Positions 8,879 to 17,376 of a DNA stretch of 41,229 nucleotides are shown piece after piece. A program made the translations under genes and the position numbers. The notes beneath the pieces were generated by a model that saw only the letters and a program-made list of their open reading frames with translations, searched no databases and was not told where the DNA came from. Within the stretch, counting starts at the first letter, position 1. Each line of letters begins with the position of its first letter. Source of the DNA: a virus (taxonomy: Duplodnaviria > Caudoviricetes); the IMG/VR virus record IMGVR_UViG_3300044484_000015, positions 1 to 41,229 of that record, one strand, 5' to 3'.

Positions 8879-8946
8879 GAGATGGCGGCACCTGCCCAGT
8901 GGTGCGACGCGGCGCTGCCGCTTGAAGTCAGGATATAGGAAACAAC

Positions 8947-9681
8947 ATGTCCAACGCAGTCACGACCCCGAACGCCGGCGGCCTCGCCGCCCTCCAAAGC
9001 CTCCGCACGGGCCTCCAGCAGGTACGGGCCACCATCCCCGCCAGCGTGGGCGGCACGCCCCTCCTGCGCCTCCTGAAGGACGGCCAGTGGGTGGCTGGGG
9101 CTGAAGACACCGCGCTGCCGGCTGGCACCGAGGTGATGATCAACCCGATGTCGTTCCAGAGCGGCTACAGCTGCTGGACCAACCGCGCGCCGGGCCAAGG
9201 CAAGAACGAACTGATGGGCGAAGAGATGTGGGGGATCGGCGCGCCGAAGCCGCCGGCATCGACGCTGCCCATCCACCACGACCCGCGCACGCAAGACCTG
9301 TGCGCGTGGAAAGACGCTATGGGCGTGGACATCAAGGTGCTGGATGGCAGCATGATGGGCCAGCAGGTGCTGTACAAGGCGACGTCGGTCGGCGGCATCC
9401 GCGCCCTGACGACGCTGCTGGATGCCATCATGGCGCGTCTGGACAGCGGCACCGAGTACGTCTGCCCCGTCGTGTCGCTCGGCTCGGACAGCTACCAGCA
9501 CCAAAGCTACGGCCGCACCTACGTGCCGGTGTTGGACATCGTCGGCTGGGCCAACATGCAGGGCATCGAGGAGGCCGTGGTTGGCGGCGCGCCGCCCCCG
9601 GTCGATAAGGTGGTCAAGCAGCCCGAGCCGGAACCGCAGCCCGTTGCGGCTGAGCCGGTCGGCCGTCGCCGTCGCATCTGA
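8947..9681 (+). CDS. Putative single-stranded DNA-binding/annealing protein
   Basis: Follows the DUF2800 gene; SYQHQSYGRTYVPV aromatic motif and Pro-rich, basic tail. Confidence 0.55.
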   Translation: MSNAVTTPNAGGLAALQSLRTGLQQVRATIPASVGGTPLLRLLKDGQWVAGAEDTALPAGTEVMINPMSFQSGYSCWTNRAPGQGKNELMGEEMWGIGAPKPPASTLPIHHDPRTQDLCAWKDAMGVDIKVLDGSMMGQQVLYKATSVGGIRALTTLLDAIMARLDSGTEYVCPVVSLGSDSYQHQSYGRTYVPVLDIVGWANMQGIEEAVVGGAPPPVDKVVKQPEPEPQPVAAEPVGRRRRI

Positions 9682-9732
9682 CCAGATACCGCCGGGGGTC
9701 GGGTTGTAACCCCCACGCCTCCCTGCCAACTA

Positions 9733-9770
9733 CCCCGCCACGTCTTGAAGCGACCGTGGCGGGGGCCTTT
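9733..9770 (+). terminator. Hairpin, possible weak terminator
   Basis: CCCCGCCACG...CGTGGCGGGG stem followed by GCCTTT. Confidence 0.4.
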
Positions 9771-9793
9771 CCCACCAGACTGTGAGGGCAGAC

Positions 9794-10120
9794 ATGCTGA
9801 AGGATGAGACGATACCGCAACACCTGATGGTTGCGTGGGTGCGATGGCACAACGACAACCCAGATTTCTACCGCCTTTTCTGCCGGTTCACGCATGAGGC
9901 AATTTCGCGCGGCCACAGGAACCTGAGCGCGTGGTTGATTGTCAACCGCATCCGCTGGGAGACCAGCGTTGTCACGCACGGCGACGTGTTCAAAATCAGG
10001 AACGACTACATCGCGCTTTTCTCGCGTCTCTTTATGCGGGACAACCCGCAATATAAGGGGTTCTTTCGCACCAGACCGATGGGCGGACGCCGCGCGCGCC
10101 GCGACGATTACTACGATTGA
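9794..10120 (+). CDS. Phage hypothetical protein
   Basis: Aromatic/basic protein (WHNDNP..IRWET..FKIRNDYIALFSRLFM); GAGGG RBS. Confidence 0.75.
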   Translation: MLKDETIPQHLMVAWVRWHNDNPDFYRLFCRFTHEAISRGHRNLSAWLIVNRIRWETSVVTHGDVFKIRNDYIALFSRLFMRDNPQYKGFFRTRPMGGRRARRDDYYD

Positions 10121-10130
10121 GGCAACCGCT

Positions 10131-10229
10131 ATGAGCGAAGACGTTAAACTGACCCTGATCATCTGCCTGACCACCGTGATCTGCGTGGCTCTCATGAGCA
10201 GCTGCGCCTCGAACGTGAGTATGTTCTGA
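10131..10229 (+). CDS. Small single-TM peptide, 32 aa
   Basis: MSEDVKLTLIICLTTVICVALMSSCASNVSMF; GAGG RBS; stop overlaps next start. Confidence 0.5.
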   Translation: MSEDVKLTLIICLTTVICVALMSSCASNVSMF

Positions 10230-10453
10230 TGCGACGCTTGATCCTGATCCTCCCCCTCGCCGCCTGCGTGCCGCACGTTGATCCGTGCCGCCCGTGGCCA
10301 TCCTGCAACCCTGCCGTGGAGTATTGCCGCTGTGTCGAAACTGATCGTGATCATCATTCTCTGGTTCGCGGTGATGTACCTGATCACTCAGGCGATGATC
10401 ACGGCCACCACGGTGGGTCTTCTGATGATAATGGGGATGTGAGCGATGGCTGA
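10229..10453 (+). CDS. Putative lipoprotein, Cys/His/Asp-rich
   Basis: MRRLILILPLAAC lipobox signal peptide. Confidence 0.65.
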   Translation: MRRLILILPLAACVPHVDPCRPWPSCNPAVEYCRCVETDRDHHSLVRGDVPDHSGDDHGHHGGSSDDNGDVSDG

Positions 10454-10637
10454 GAAACCTGAAGGTCCGATCTGGATCGACATGGGCCAGATGATGTCTG
10501 AGCAGCTCACCATCCAGCAGGTTCTCAGGGTGGCGGACCTCGCTCTGAACCGTCTGGACATGCGCGCCATTGGTGAAATCTTTGGCGATGTGGGTCTTAC
10601 GCCACGCCTGGAGCTGGTGGACCGTGAGCAACGGTAG
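10446..10637 (+). CDS. Hypothetical protein
   Basis: Overlapping operon ORF. Confidence 0.6.
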   Translation: MAEKPEGPIWIDMGQMMSEQLTIQQVLRVADLALNRLDMRAIGEIFGDVGLTPRLELVDREQR

Positions 10638-10866
10638 CGAGCTCAAGTCCAAGGCTGCCATGGCGCTGCGTGCGGCGGGATACTTCCCCCTGCCGCGCCT
10701 TTGGGTGACGAACGAGCAGATGGACCTCATCGTCTATATGGCGAAGCAGAACGAGGCCGAGGTAAACAGGATCAGGGCCGCCGCGCGGGCGGCCGATGCA
10801 CCGAAACTGACACGTGAACAGGAGATCGAACAGGCATGGCTGATGATTGGAAGGGCGAACACTTGA
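10624..10866 (+). CDS. Hypothetical protein
   Basis: Probable GTG start; LRAAGYFPLPRLWVT; overlapping operon ORF. Confidence 0.6.
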   Translation: MSNGSELKSKAAMALRAAGYFPLPRLWVTNEQMDLIVYMAKQNEAEVNRIRAAARAADAPKLTREQEIEQAWLMIGRANT

Positions 10867-11039
10867 TCCGCAAGAGCGTGACCAAGACCGAGAGCAAGAG
10901 CGAGGTGCGCCGGCTGGTCAGCACCATCGCCCACAACAACCGCCGCGCGGCGGGCATCCCCCACCCGGCCGGCAAGGCCCACGGCCGGTTCATACTGTCG
11001 GCCCTGATCGACCTGACGCGGGGGAAGCGCGATGCGTGA
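10836..11039 (+). CDS. Hypothetical basic protein
   Basis: Overlaps both neighbours in the operon. Confidence 0.5.
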   Translation: MADDWKGEHLIRKSVTKTESKSEVRRLVSTIAHNNRRAAGIPHPAGKAHGRFILSALIDLTRGKRDA

Positions 11040-12438
11040 CCGCAGCCAGCTTCGCCCGGTCCAGCTGCGGCTGATCAGCGAGATGAAGACCAGCGCCGGC
11101 GTCGGCGTCGTGCTGGGCATGGGTGGCGGCAAGACCGCCTGCGCCTTGACCGCCATCGCCGATCTGCTGGCCGCCGGCGCGATCCGGGCCGCCATCGTCG
11201 TCGCCCCCAAGCGGGTGGCGCTGTCCACGTGGCCGCGCGAGGTGGTGATGTGGTCACACCTCGCCCACCTCGATGTCGGCATCCTCGGCGGCGACCGCGA
11301 CCGGCGCGCGGCGGTGCTGCGGGAGCCGCACGACATCTATGTCTGCGGCATCGACAACCTGCCGTGGCTGCTGGACGAACTGAAGGCCCTGCCAGACCAT
11401 CCGGGGCACGACCAGCTGGTCATCGACGAACTGTCGCGCTTCAAGAACCCGCGCGGATCGCGCGCCAAGGCGCTGAACCGCCGCAGCCAGACGTTCGGGG
11501 CGATCTGGGGCCTGACCGGCACACCGCGCCCCGGCGGCTGGGAAGACCTCTGGATGCCGCTGCAGATCGTCTCCCGAGGCCATGCGTGGGGCCTGACCTT
11601 TGACCCGTGGCGGCAGCGCCATTTCGAGGCGCTGGACTACCACGGCCGAAAGTGGGCGGTGCGCCCCGAGGCGATCCCGCACCTGCGCGCCGTCATCGAT
11701 GCGTGGGTCGTGACGATCCCGCCCGAGGATACGGTCGATGTGCCCTTCGTCTCTGGCCCGGATCACGACATCATCGTGCCGCTGTCGCCGGCCGCGCGGG
11801 CGGATGCCGACAGCATGGAGCGCGATCTGCTGATCAGCCTCGGGCGCGAGGGCACGCTGGCCGACATCGACCCCAGCGACGACGCGGTCATTGTGGCCCT
11901 GTCGCAGGCCGTGGCGAGCGGCAAGCTGTCCCAGATCATGCAGGGCTACGTCTACCAAGATGGGCAGGCGGTGCAGCACTACGACGCGGCCAAGTCCGAC
12001 GCGCTGGTGGATTTCATCGCCGATCTGGACGGGGAGCCGCTGATCGTCTGCTACTGGTATCAGGAAGACCTCGAACTGCTGCGGGAACTGTACCCCAACA
12101 TGCCGCACCTCGGCGCAGGTGTCAGCGACAAGCGGGCCGACCAGATCATCGAGGATTGGAACGCCGGCCGCCTGCCGCTGCTGGCCCTGCACCCGGCCAG
12201 TGCCGGGCACGGCCTGAACCTGCAGTTCGGCGGCGCGCGGATGATCTGGTACGCCATGCCATGGTCGCCCGAACTGTACGCCCAGACGGTCAAGCGGCTG
12301 GCTCGGCCGGGGCAAACCAAGCCGGTGTTCGTCCACCGCCTGCTGGCGGATCACCCATACGAGCAACTCCGCCTGCGGCGGGTGGAGAGCAAGATCGACG
12401 CCGAGCAGGATTTCATCAAAGACCTGAGGAGCATCTGA
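11032..12438 (+). CDS. SNF2-family (SF2) helicase
   Basis: LGMGGGKT, VIDELS, LTGTP, SAGHGLNLQ, Q..KRLARPGQ motifs. Confidence 0.92.
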   Translation: MRDRSQLRPVQLRLISEMKTSAGVGVVLGMGGGKTACALTAIADLLAAGAIRAAIVVAPKRVALSTWPREVVMWSHLAHLDVGILGGDRDRRAAVLREPHDIYVCGIDNLPWLLDELKALPDHPGHDQLVIDELSRFKNPRGSRAKALNRRSQTFGAIWGLTGTPRPGGWEDLWMPLQIVSRGHAWGLTFDPWRQRHFEALDYHGRKWAVRPEAIPHLRAVIDAWVVTIPPEDTVDVPFVSGPDHDIIVPLSPAARADADSMERDLLISLGREGTLADIDPSDDAVIVALSQAVASGKLSQIMQGYVYQDGQAVQHYDAAKSDALVDFIADLDGEPLIVCYWYQEDLELLRELYPNMPHLGAGVSDKRADQIIEDWNAGRLPLLALHPASAGHGLNLQFGGARMIWYAMPWSPELYAQTVKRLARPGQTKPVFVHRLLADHPYEQLRLRRVESKIDAEQDFIKDLRSI

Positions 12439-12884
12439 TGACCTACCCCCTAGACACTGACCGTCTGGTCACGTGGGCCGTCGATCTGGCGCGCCACGTG
12501 GCCAAGCTGTCCAAAGACCCCTCGACGCAGGTGGGGGCGGTCGTCTTCGACAGCCGCCGCCGCTTTGTCAGCGCCGGCTACAACGGCCTGCCGCGCGGCG
12601 TGGAGGATCATCCCTCGCGGCTCTTCGACCGGGACGTTAAGTACAAGATGATCCGGCACGCGGAGGCCAATGCGCTCGCCTTCGCCACGGCCCCGCTGGA
12701 GGGGGCCACGCTGGTCGTGACACACCCCTGCTGCGCCCAGTGCGCTGGGGCGGCCATACAGGCCGGGATTGCGCATCTGGTGTGGCCGGCACCCGACGAC
12801 GCCTTCACGGGCCGCTGGGCCGACGACATGCGGCTGGTGCGCGAGATGTGCAGTGAGGCGGGGGTCACCATCCATGAAGTCTGA
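12438..12884 (+). CDS. dCMP deaminase
   Basis: SKDPSTQVGA, GYNG, HAEANA, PCCAQC zinc motifs. Confidence 0.92.
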   Translation: MTYPLDTDRLVTWAVDLARHVAKLSKDPSTQVGAVVFDSRRRFVSAGYNGLPRGVEDHPSRLFDRDVKYKMIRHAEANALAFATAPLEGATLVVTHPCCAQCAGAAIQAGIAHLVWPAPDDAFTGRWADDMRLVREMCSEAGVTIHEV

Positions 12885-13311
12885 TGAGTACTACAAGCAC
12901 GTCGTGGCCACGACCATGACGGCGGAGGAACTGGACGAGATTGCCCCCGAGATGCCGCGTAAGGGCGTCATTGAGGTCTGGCCCGAGGGACGTAAGGATG
13001 ACGGCGACAAGCCCCGGCACGACCTGATCCCGCCCGAACTGAATGACGCGGTGGCGCGCGTCCTGACGTTCGGGGCGGGCAAGTACGGTGACCGCAACTG
13101 GGAGCGGGGCATGCGCTGGGGCCGCGTCTTTGCCGCCCTGATGCGACACCTGTGGGCGTGGTGGCGTGGCGAGCGGGCCGACCCGGAGACGGGCATGTCG
13201 CACCTGTGGCACGCCGCCTGCTGCCTGACGTTCCTGATCGCCTACGAGGCGCGCCAGATCGGCGAGGATGATCGACATAAGGTACTTGACCCAGTACCTA
13301 AGACACCTTAA
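12874..13311 (+). CDS. dATP/dGTP diphosphohydrolase domain protein (DUF5664-like)
   Basis: K.D..KPR.DLIP, GAGKYG.RNW.RG, AL.RH, D.ETG.SHL.HAAC. Confidence 0.85.
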   Translation: MKSDEYYKHVVATTMTAEELDEIAPEMPRKGVIEVWPEGRKDDGDKPRHDLIPPELNDAVARVLTFGAGKYGDRNWERGMRWGRVFAALMRHLWAWWRGERADPETGMSHLWHAACCLTFLIAYEARQIGEDDRHKVLDPVPKTP

Positions 13312-13365
13312 GTAGGTGTTCAGGGGCGGCGGACAGCGTCGCCCCGCCCAGACAGGAGACAGGAC
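13280..13365 (+). promoter_or_regulatory. Promoter/operator/leader cassette, copy 1
   Basis: TTGACC-N17-TAAGTA; palindrome AGGTACT-N6-AGTACCT over the -35; GC hairpin 13323-13345; CAGGAGACAGGAC RBS. Confidence 0.7.
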
Positions 13366-13587
13366 ATGACACTGCGCGCGATCAACACCGAGTGGAAGTA
13401 CGTTAAATCCTACGCGACCGAAGCGAACCTGATGAAGCGGATCGACGAGGATCGCGACATGTACCCCGGCCACAACGACCGCTTCATGGTCGTCCGCACG
13501 CCCGAGGGCCGCTGGACCGCCATCGTGTCGCTGGACAGATCAACCGGCGGCTACGCCGGTCGGTACGAGGGGTTCATGAAGGTATGA
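13366..13587 (+). CDS. Hypothetical early protein
   Basis: Strong RBS; first gene after the promoter cassette. Confidence 0.75.
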   Translation: MTLRAINTEWKYVKSYATEANLMKRIDEDRDMYPGHNDRFMVVRTPEGRWTAIVSLDRSTGGYAGRYEGFMKV

Positions 13588-13724
13588 CCGACATCGAACG
13601 CATCCTCGATCAGCTGGGCGTCCGCGCCCAGCCTACCCCCACCAAGCAACCCACGTCGCGCCCGCCGGGACCGTCCAGCCAGTGGCCGGGCATCTGGTAT
13701 CGCGACGGCGACATCCCGCACTGA
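13584..13724 (+). CDS. Small Pro-rich protein, 46 aa, ending in DGDIPH (not in ORF track)
   Basis: ATGA-coupled; MTDIERILDQLGVRAQPTPTKQPTSRPPGPSSQWPGIWYRDGDIPH. Confidence 0.65.
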   Translation: MTDIERILDQLGVRAQPTPTKQPTSRPPGPSSQWPGIWYRDGDIPH

Positions 13725-13735
13725 GGAGGACCGAC

Positions 13736-13954
13736 GTGAGATTTGACCCCGAACTGGCCCGCACCTTAGACGCCACCGGCAAGCCGTGGCACACCACCAA
13801 GGGGAGCCGGCACACCAAGCTGTTTCTCGGCGACCGCTTGGTCGGCATCCTGCCCCGCAGCGGGAAGCTTGACGACACCCGAGCCTCGCGGGCGAAGAAA
13901 AACCTGCTGACCCAAATCCGCCGCGCGGCGCAAGACATGGAGACGAACAGATGA
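13736..13954 (+). CDS. HicA-like protein
   Basis: GAGGAGG RBS plus GTG; KGSRHTKL and D.RA..KNL..QIRR pattern, 72 aa. Confidence 0.55.
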   Translation: MRFDPELARTLDATGKPWHTTKGSRHTKLFLGDRLVGILPRSGKLDDTRASRAKKNLLTQIRRAAQDMETNR

Positions 13955-14163
13955 GACAGCAAATCCTCGAGGCCGAAGTGGCGGCCCTGCGCGCCGAGAT
14001 CGCCCGCCGCGACGCGCGGCCCCTGCCCGACCTGCAGACCTACGGCCGCGACGTTGATGACGTCGTGGAGGCGATCCGCCGGCGCGGCATCCACCCCAGC
14101 GAGGTGGCGTGGCTGGCCGACTTCATCGAGGCGCTGTCGAAGTTCGACATGCGCCAACACTAA
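13951..14163 (+). CDS. Hypothetical protein
   Basis: ATGA-coupled ORF. Confidence 0.65.
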   Translation: MRQQILEAEVAALRAEIARRDARPLPDLQTYGRDVDDVVEAIRRRGIHPSEVAWLADFIEALSKFDMRQH

Positions 14164-14185
14164 AAAAGTGCGTCCGACTTCACAA

Positions 14186-14269
14186 AGGTACTTGAACAGG
14201 TACGCAAGACGCCTTAGATAGGTTGCACGGGCGGCGGTTGTCGCCGCCCACCAAACAGGAGACAGGACC
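14186..14269 (+). promoter_or_regulatory. Promoter/operator/leader cassette, copy 2
   Basis: AGGTAC, TTGAAC-N17-TAGATA, GC hairpin 14229-14249, CAGGAGACAGGAC RBS; homologous to 13280-13365. Confidence 0.7.
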
Positions 14270-15148
14270 ATGAACATGAACACCCGCTACGGCTTCGCCC
14301 GCAACGCCGCCCTGACCGAGGCTGAACTGCACAAGCTGGCCCCGTCGCTGTTCGCGACCGAGGCCCACGACAGCCGCTCGGATCGCTTCGTGCCCGTGCC
14401 GACCATCGACATCGTGCGCGGCCTGCAGAAGGAGGGGTTCGAGGTGTTTTCGGCGCAGCAGGCCAAGACCCGCGACGCCTCCAAGCGTGACTTCACCAAG
14501 CACATGGTGCGCCTGCGGAACCCGTCGTTCCGCCAGATGGCGAACGGCGACACCTTCGAGATCGTGCTGGTCAACGGCAACGACGGCTCGTCGGCCTACC
14601 GCATGATGCCGGGCTTCTTCCGCATGGTCTGCGCGAACGGCCTGATCGTCGGCGAGACGCTGAACGAGGTCCGCGTGCGCCACAGCGGCAACGCCCTGCA
14701 GGACGTCATCGAGGGCGCGTACACGGTGCTGGAGGATGCGCCCAAGGTCGCAGATCGCGTCGATATGATGCGCTCGCTGTCGCTGACCCGCGATGAGGCT
14801 CTGGCCTTCGCCACGGCCGCCCACCAGCTGCGCTTCCCCACCGCCGCGCTCGACATCGAGGATGCCGCGTTCAGCCCGGCCCCGGTCGAGCCGATGCGCC
14901 TGCTGTCGGCCCGCCGCGTCGAGGATGTCAACGAGCGTGGCAACCTGTGGGGCGTCTTCAACGTCGTGCAGGAGAACGTGATCCGTGGCGGCCAGAAGGG
15001 CTGGGTCGAGCGTCAGGACGGCCGTGGCCGCACGCAGGTCCGCCGCGCCTCGACCCGCGCCGTGGCCGGCATCGACGGCAACCGCGATCTCAACCGCGCC
15101 CTGTGGACGCTGGCCGAAGAGATGGCAAAGCTGAAGGTGGCGGCATGA
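14270..15148 (+). CDS. DUF932 (DUF945) family protein
   Basis: APSLFA.EAHDSRSDRF, FTKHMVRLR, NGNDGSSAY, GFFRMVCANGL, LWGVFNVVQEN, LNRALW. Confidence 0.9.
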   Translation: MNMNTRYGFARNAALTEAELHKLAPSLFATEAHDSRSDRFVPVPTIDIVRGLQKEGFEVFSAQQAKTRDASKRDFTKHMVRLRNPSFRQMANGDTFEIVLVNGNDGSSAYRMMPGFFRMVCANGLIVGETLNEVRVRHSGNALQDVIEGAYTVLEDAPKVADRVDMMRSLSLTRDEALAFATAAHQLRFPTAALDIEDAAFSPAPVEPMRLLSARRVEDVNERGNLWGVFNVVQENVIRGGQKGWVERQDGRGRTQVRRASTRAVAGIDGNRDLNRALWTLAEEMAKLKVAA

Positions 15149-15234
15149 TCCGCGAGTGTCTGGAGGCGATCCTGTGGGTCGCCTTGCTCTTCTGGCTGCT
15201 GTACGCGGGATTGTGGATGACGCCGGGTCTATGA
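15145..15234 (+). CDS. Small single-TM peptide, 29 aa
   Basis: ATGA-coupled; MIRECLEAILWVALLFWLLYAGLWMTPGL. Confidence 0.5.
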   Translation: MIRECLEAILWVALLFWLLYAGLWMTPGL

Positions 15235-15546
15235 CCCGGCGTCTGCCGTTTCCTCGTAGATCGTCAGGTTCATCCCGCCGATGATCTCGTGGAAGTGGCT
15301 GTAGCCATCCCCCTCGCGGAAGTTGTATGTCAGCACATCGACGATGGGCTGCGCCTCGGGGGTCGGGTTTGCCACCATGTCGATGAAGGTCTGCGTCACG
15401 TCAGCCCGGCACCCGTAGTGGCTGATGGCGGTGCCGTCGGGCGTGAGGGGGACCGAGTAGTTGTTCGGCCCCCAGCCCATGCTTTCACCGAAGGCGTTGG
15501 CCGTATCACGATCCGCTGCGGGTACGATGAGAACTGCGCTGGTCAT
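15229..15546 (-). CDS. Hypothetical protein (possible fibre chaperone/partner)
   Basis: Start overlaps the stop of the upstream fibre gene; last gene of the late operon. Confidence 0.65.
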   Translation of the reverse strand: MTSAVLIVPAADRDTANAFGESMGWGPNNYSVPLTPDGTAISHYGCRADVTQTFIDMVANPTPEAQPIVDVLTYNFREGDGYSHFHEIIGGMNLTIYEETADAGS

Positions 15547-17375
15547 TAGTACGCCCCCGTCTTGCTGTTGACCCACGTCTCGGTGGCGGTGATGTCCGCC
15601 GCTGTGGTCGGCGCGCCCCGCACGATCAGTTGGTAGAGGTAGCCGTTGAAGGGAAGCGATGCGCCGCCACGACGACCGATGTAGAGGGCTGCGTTGGAGA
15701 AGTTGCCCGTGCCTTGGTCGGCAGAAGCGGTTGCAACCTGAACGCCGTTTGCACGCAGGGTCGCCACGTCGCCAGAGATGTCGCCGATACCTGTCAGGAC
15801 GTTAGTGATTGGGGCGGGGAAGCCGGAGGCTGATGTGCCTTGGAGGGATGTGCCGCCGGAGGCGAACTGAAGGGTGGGGGACGCGGCTACGGGGGCGTTA
15901 AGTTGGAAGAAGCCAGTGGCGGCTGGCGGTCCAAGTTCAACCACCATACCCCGCGCCGCATCGCTCAGCTTCCGCACCCCGGCGAAGACGGTCATCTTGT
16001 CGGCTGGGCGGATGATCTCTTTGACGGAGATGTTGTCGATGCTGGTGACGCCACTTGTCACCGTCGAAATCTGAATGTGTGTCGTTGTGGTGGTGGCGAT
16101 AAAGTTGATAGACAGGGACGCTCCTGCGCCAGCCGCAAGGTCTCCCGCTGCGGGAGATGTGCCAACCGCGTAATCGACAGAAGCCGAGGCCGTGTAAGAG
16201 ATGCGATAGCTTCTGCCAATCACTGTTGTGAAAGACGTTCTTGCTCTCGCTCTCGCCACCCCGTCCGACGTAAGAAGCCCCGCCCCAGAAGGCGCAGTAA
16301 ACGTAGCGGGGGCCGTGCTGTTATCAGTCCACCCCGTCGTGCCGGACGAGAAATCACCATTCGTGACCAGTTCAGACCCAAGCTGCTCATACCCAGCAAA
16401 ATCCACGCTCGGCGTCTGCATGAAGTCGTCCACGCCGTCGAACAGCAGCGCGCCAACCTGCGCGTAGGGCGGCTGGGCGATGTTCGTGTTGGCGTAGTTG
16501 AACTGGTAGGCCGTGCGGGCTGCGGCGCGCTCGAATTGGAGGGCCTTGATGCGGATCGTGTAGTTGACCGTATCTCCAATACCAGTGCGGAGTATTATAT
16601 TGCCATAAGATTGGTTGGAGGCCGCGTTCGCCAAAGTGTATGTCAGAGTGATCAATGTCTCAGTTGCTGGGCCTGTTGCGGTGCCAACACTGTTTTCAAC
16701 AAACGTAGATGGCGCAGTCTCGCCGTAAACTTCCGCTCTAACCCCACATTGAGAGGGGGGAATGGAACCTGAGATTACCTGAGCCAAAAAGGACGTTGTA
16801 AACACCTGCCCGACGGCGGCTGCGGCTCTGGAGTTTGTGCCAACGTATGGGCTGAACGATGCGACAGCCGAGGCTGTCCCAACCGCAGAATAATCTGCAT
16901 ATGGCAATCCATCCGTGCCGACCCCGGACGCCACCTTTGTGTATGTGACACCATTAATCGTTAGGCCAGATTGCCAGTTGGAGACATCCGCCACACTCGC
17001 CGACCCGTTCGCCAAGTTCCGCACGCCATTGGCGGGCAGCAGGGCGTACTTCGGCTGGGAGCCAGCCGTGGGCTGCGTGGCGTGGTTGCCGCCCCCAGAC
17101 TTGTCGCTAACCCTCGCCACGGACTGCCCCGGAGCTGTCACAGGCGTGGTGCCTGCGGTGTCTTGGAAGAGGGTGGTCGGATCGTTGGGGTCGAGGGCGA
17201 CCCCCGGCTCGCCGTTGGCGAATAGGGGATCAATGGCGAGCCGAGCGATGTGACGATCCACCTTGGCGATGCCGTCCGCATAAATCCAGTCCCGGCTGAA
17301 CTCGTCGTTCGGCAGGGCGATGTTGTTCTGCGGCACGTGCCAGCGGTGCGTCGGTACGTTCAACTCGTCGGCCAT
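15546..17375 (-). CDS. Putative receptor-binding/fibre protein (LamG/carbohydrate-binding-like modules)
   Basis: TTLFQD.AGTTPV..V.DKSG.GNHATQ, LLFDGVDD, ELVTNGDFSSGTTGW, IDNISVKE, LYIGRR. Confidence 0.7.
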   Translation of the reverse strand: MADELNVPTHRWHVPQNNIALPNDEFSRDWIYADGIAKVDRHIARLAIDPLFANGEPGVALDPNDPTTLFQDTAGTTPVTAPGQSVARVSDKSGGGNHATQPTAGSQPKYALLPANGVRNLANGSASVADVSNWQSGLTINGVTYTKVASGVGTDGLPYADYSAVGTASAVASFSPYVGTNSRAAAAVGQVFTTSFLAQVISGSIPPSQCGVRAEVYGETAPSTFVENSVGTATGPATETLITLTYTLANAASNQSYGNIILRTGIGDTVNYTIRIKALQFERAAARTAYQFNYANTNIAQPPYAQVGALLFDGVDDFMQTPSVDFAGYEQLGSELVTNGDFSSGTTGWTDNSTAPATFTAPSGAGLLTSDGVARARARTSFTTVIGRSYRISYTASASVDYAVGTSPAAGDLAAGAGASLSINFIATTTTTHIQISTVTSGVTSIDNISVKEIIRPADKMTVFAGVRKLSDAARGMVVELGPPAATGFFQLNAPVAASPTLQFASGGTSLQGTSASGFPAPITNVLTGIGDISGDVATLRANGVQVATASADQGTGNFSNAALYIGRRGGASLPFNGYLYQLIVRGAPTTAADITATETWVNSKTGAY

Positions 17376-17376
17376 T

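Noticed and set aside
8879-8946. tRNA or ncRNA in intergenic gaps (also 9682-9790)
   Set aside because: Only simple hairpins; no cloverleaf or T-loop consensus
12874-13311. Z-base (diaminopurine) genome pathway
   Set aside because: No PurZ homologue recognised; this domain alone is insufficient evidence
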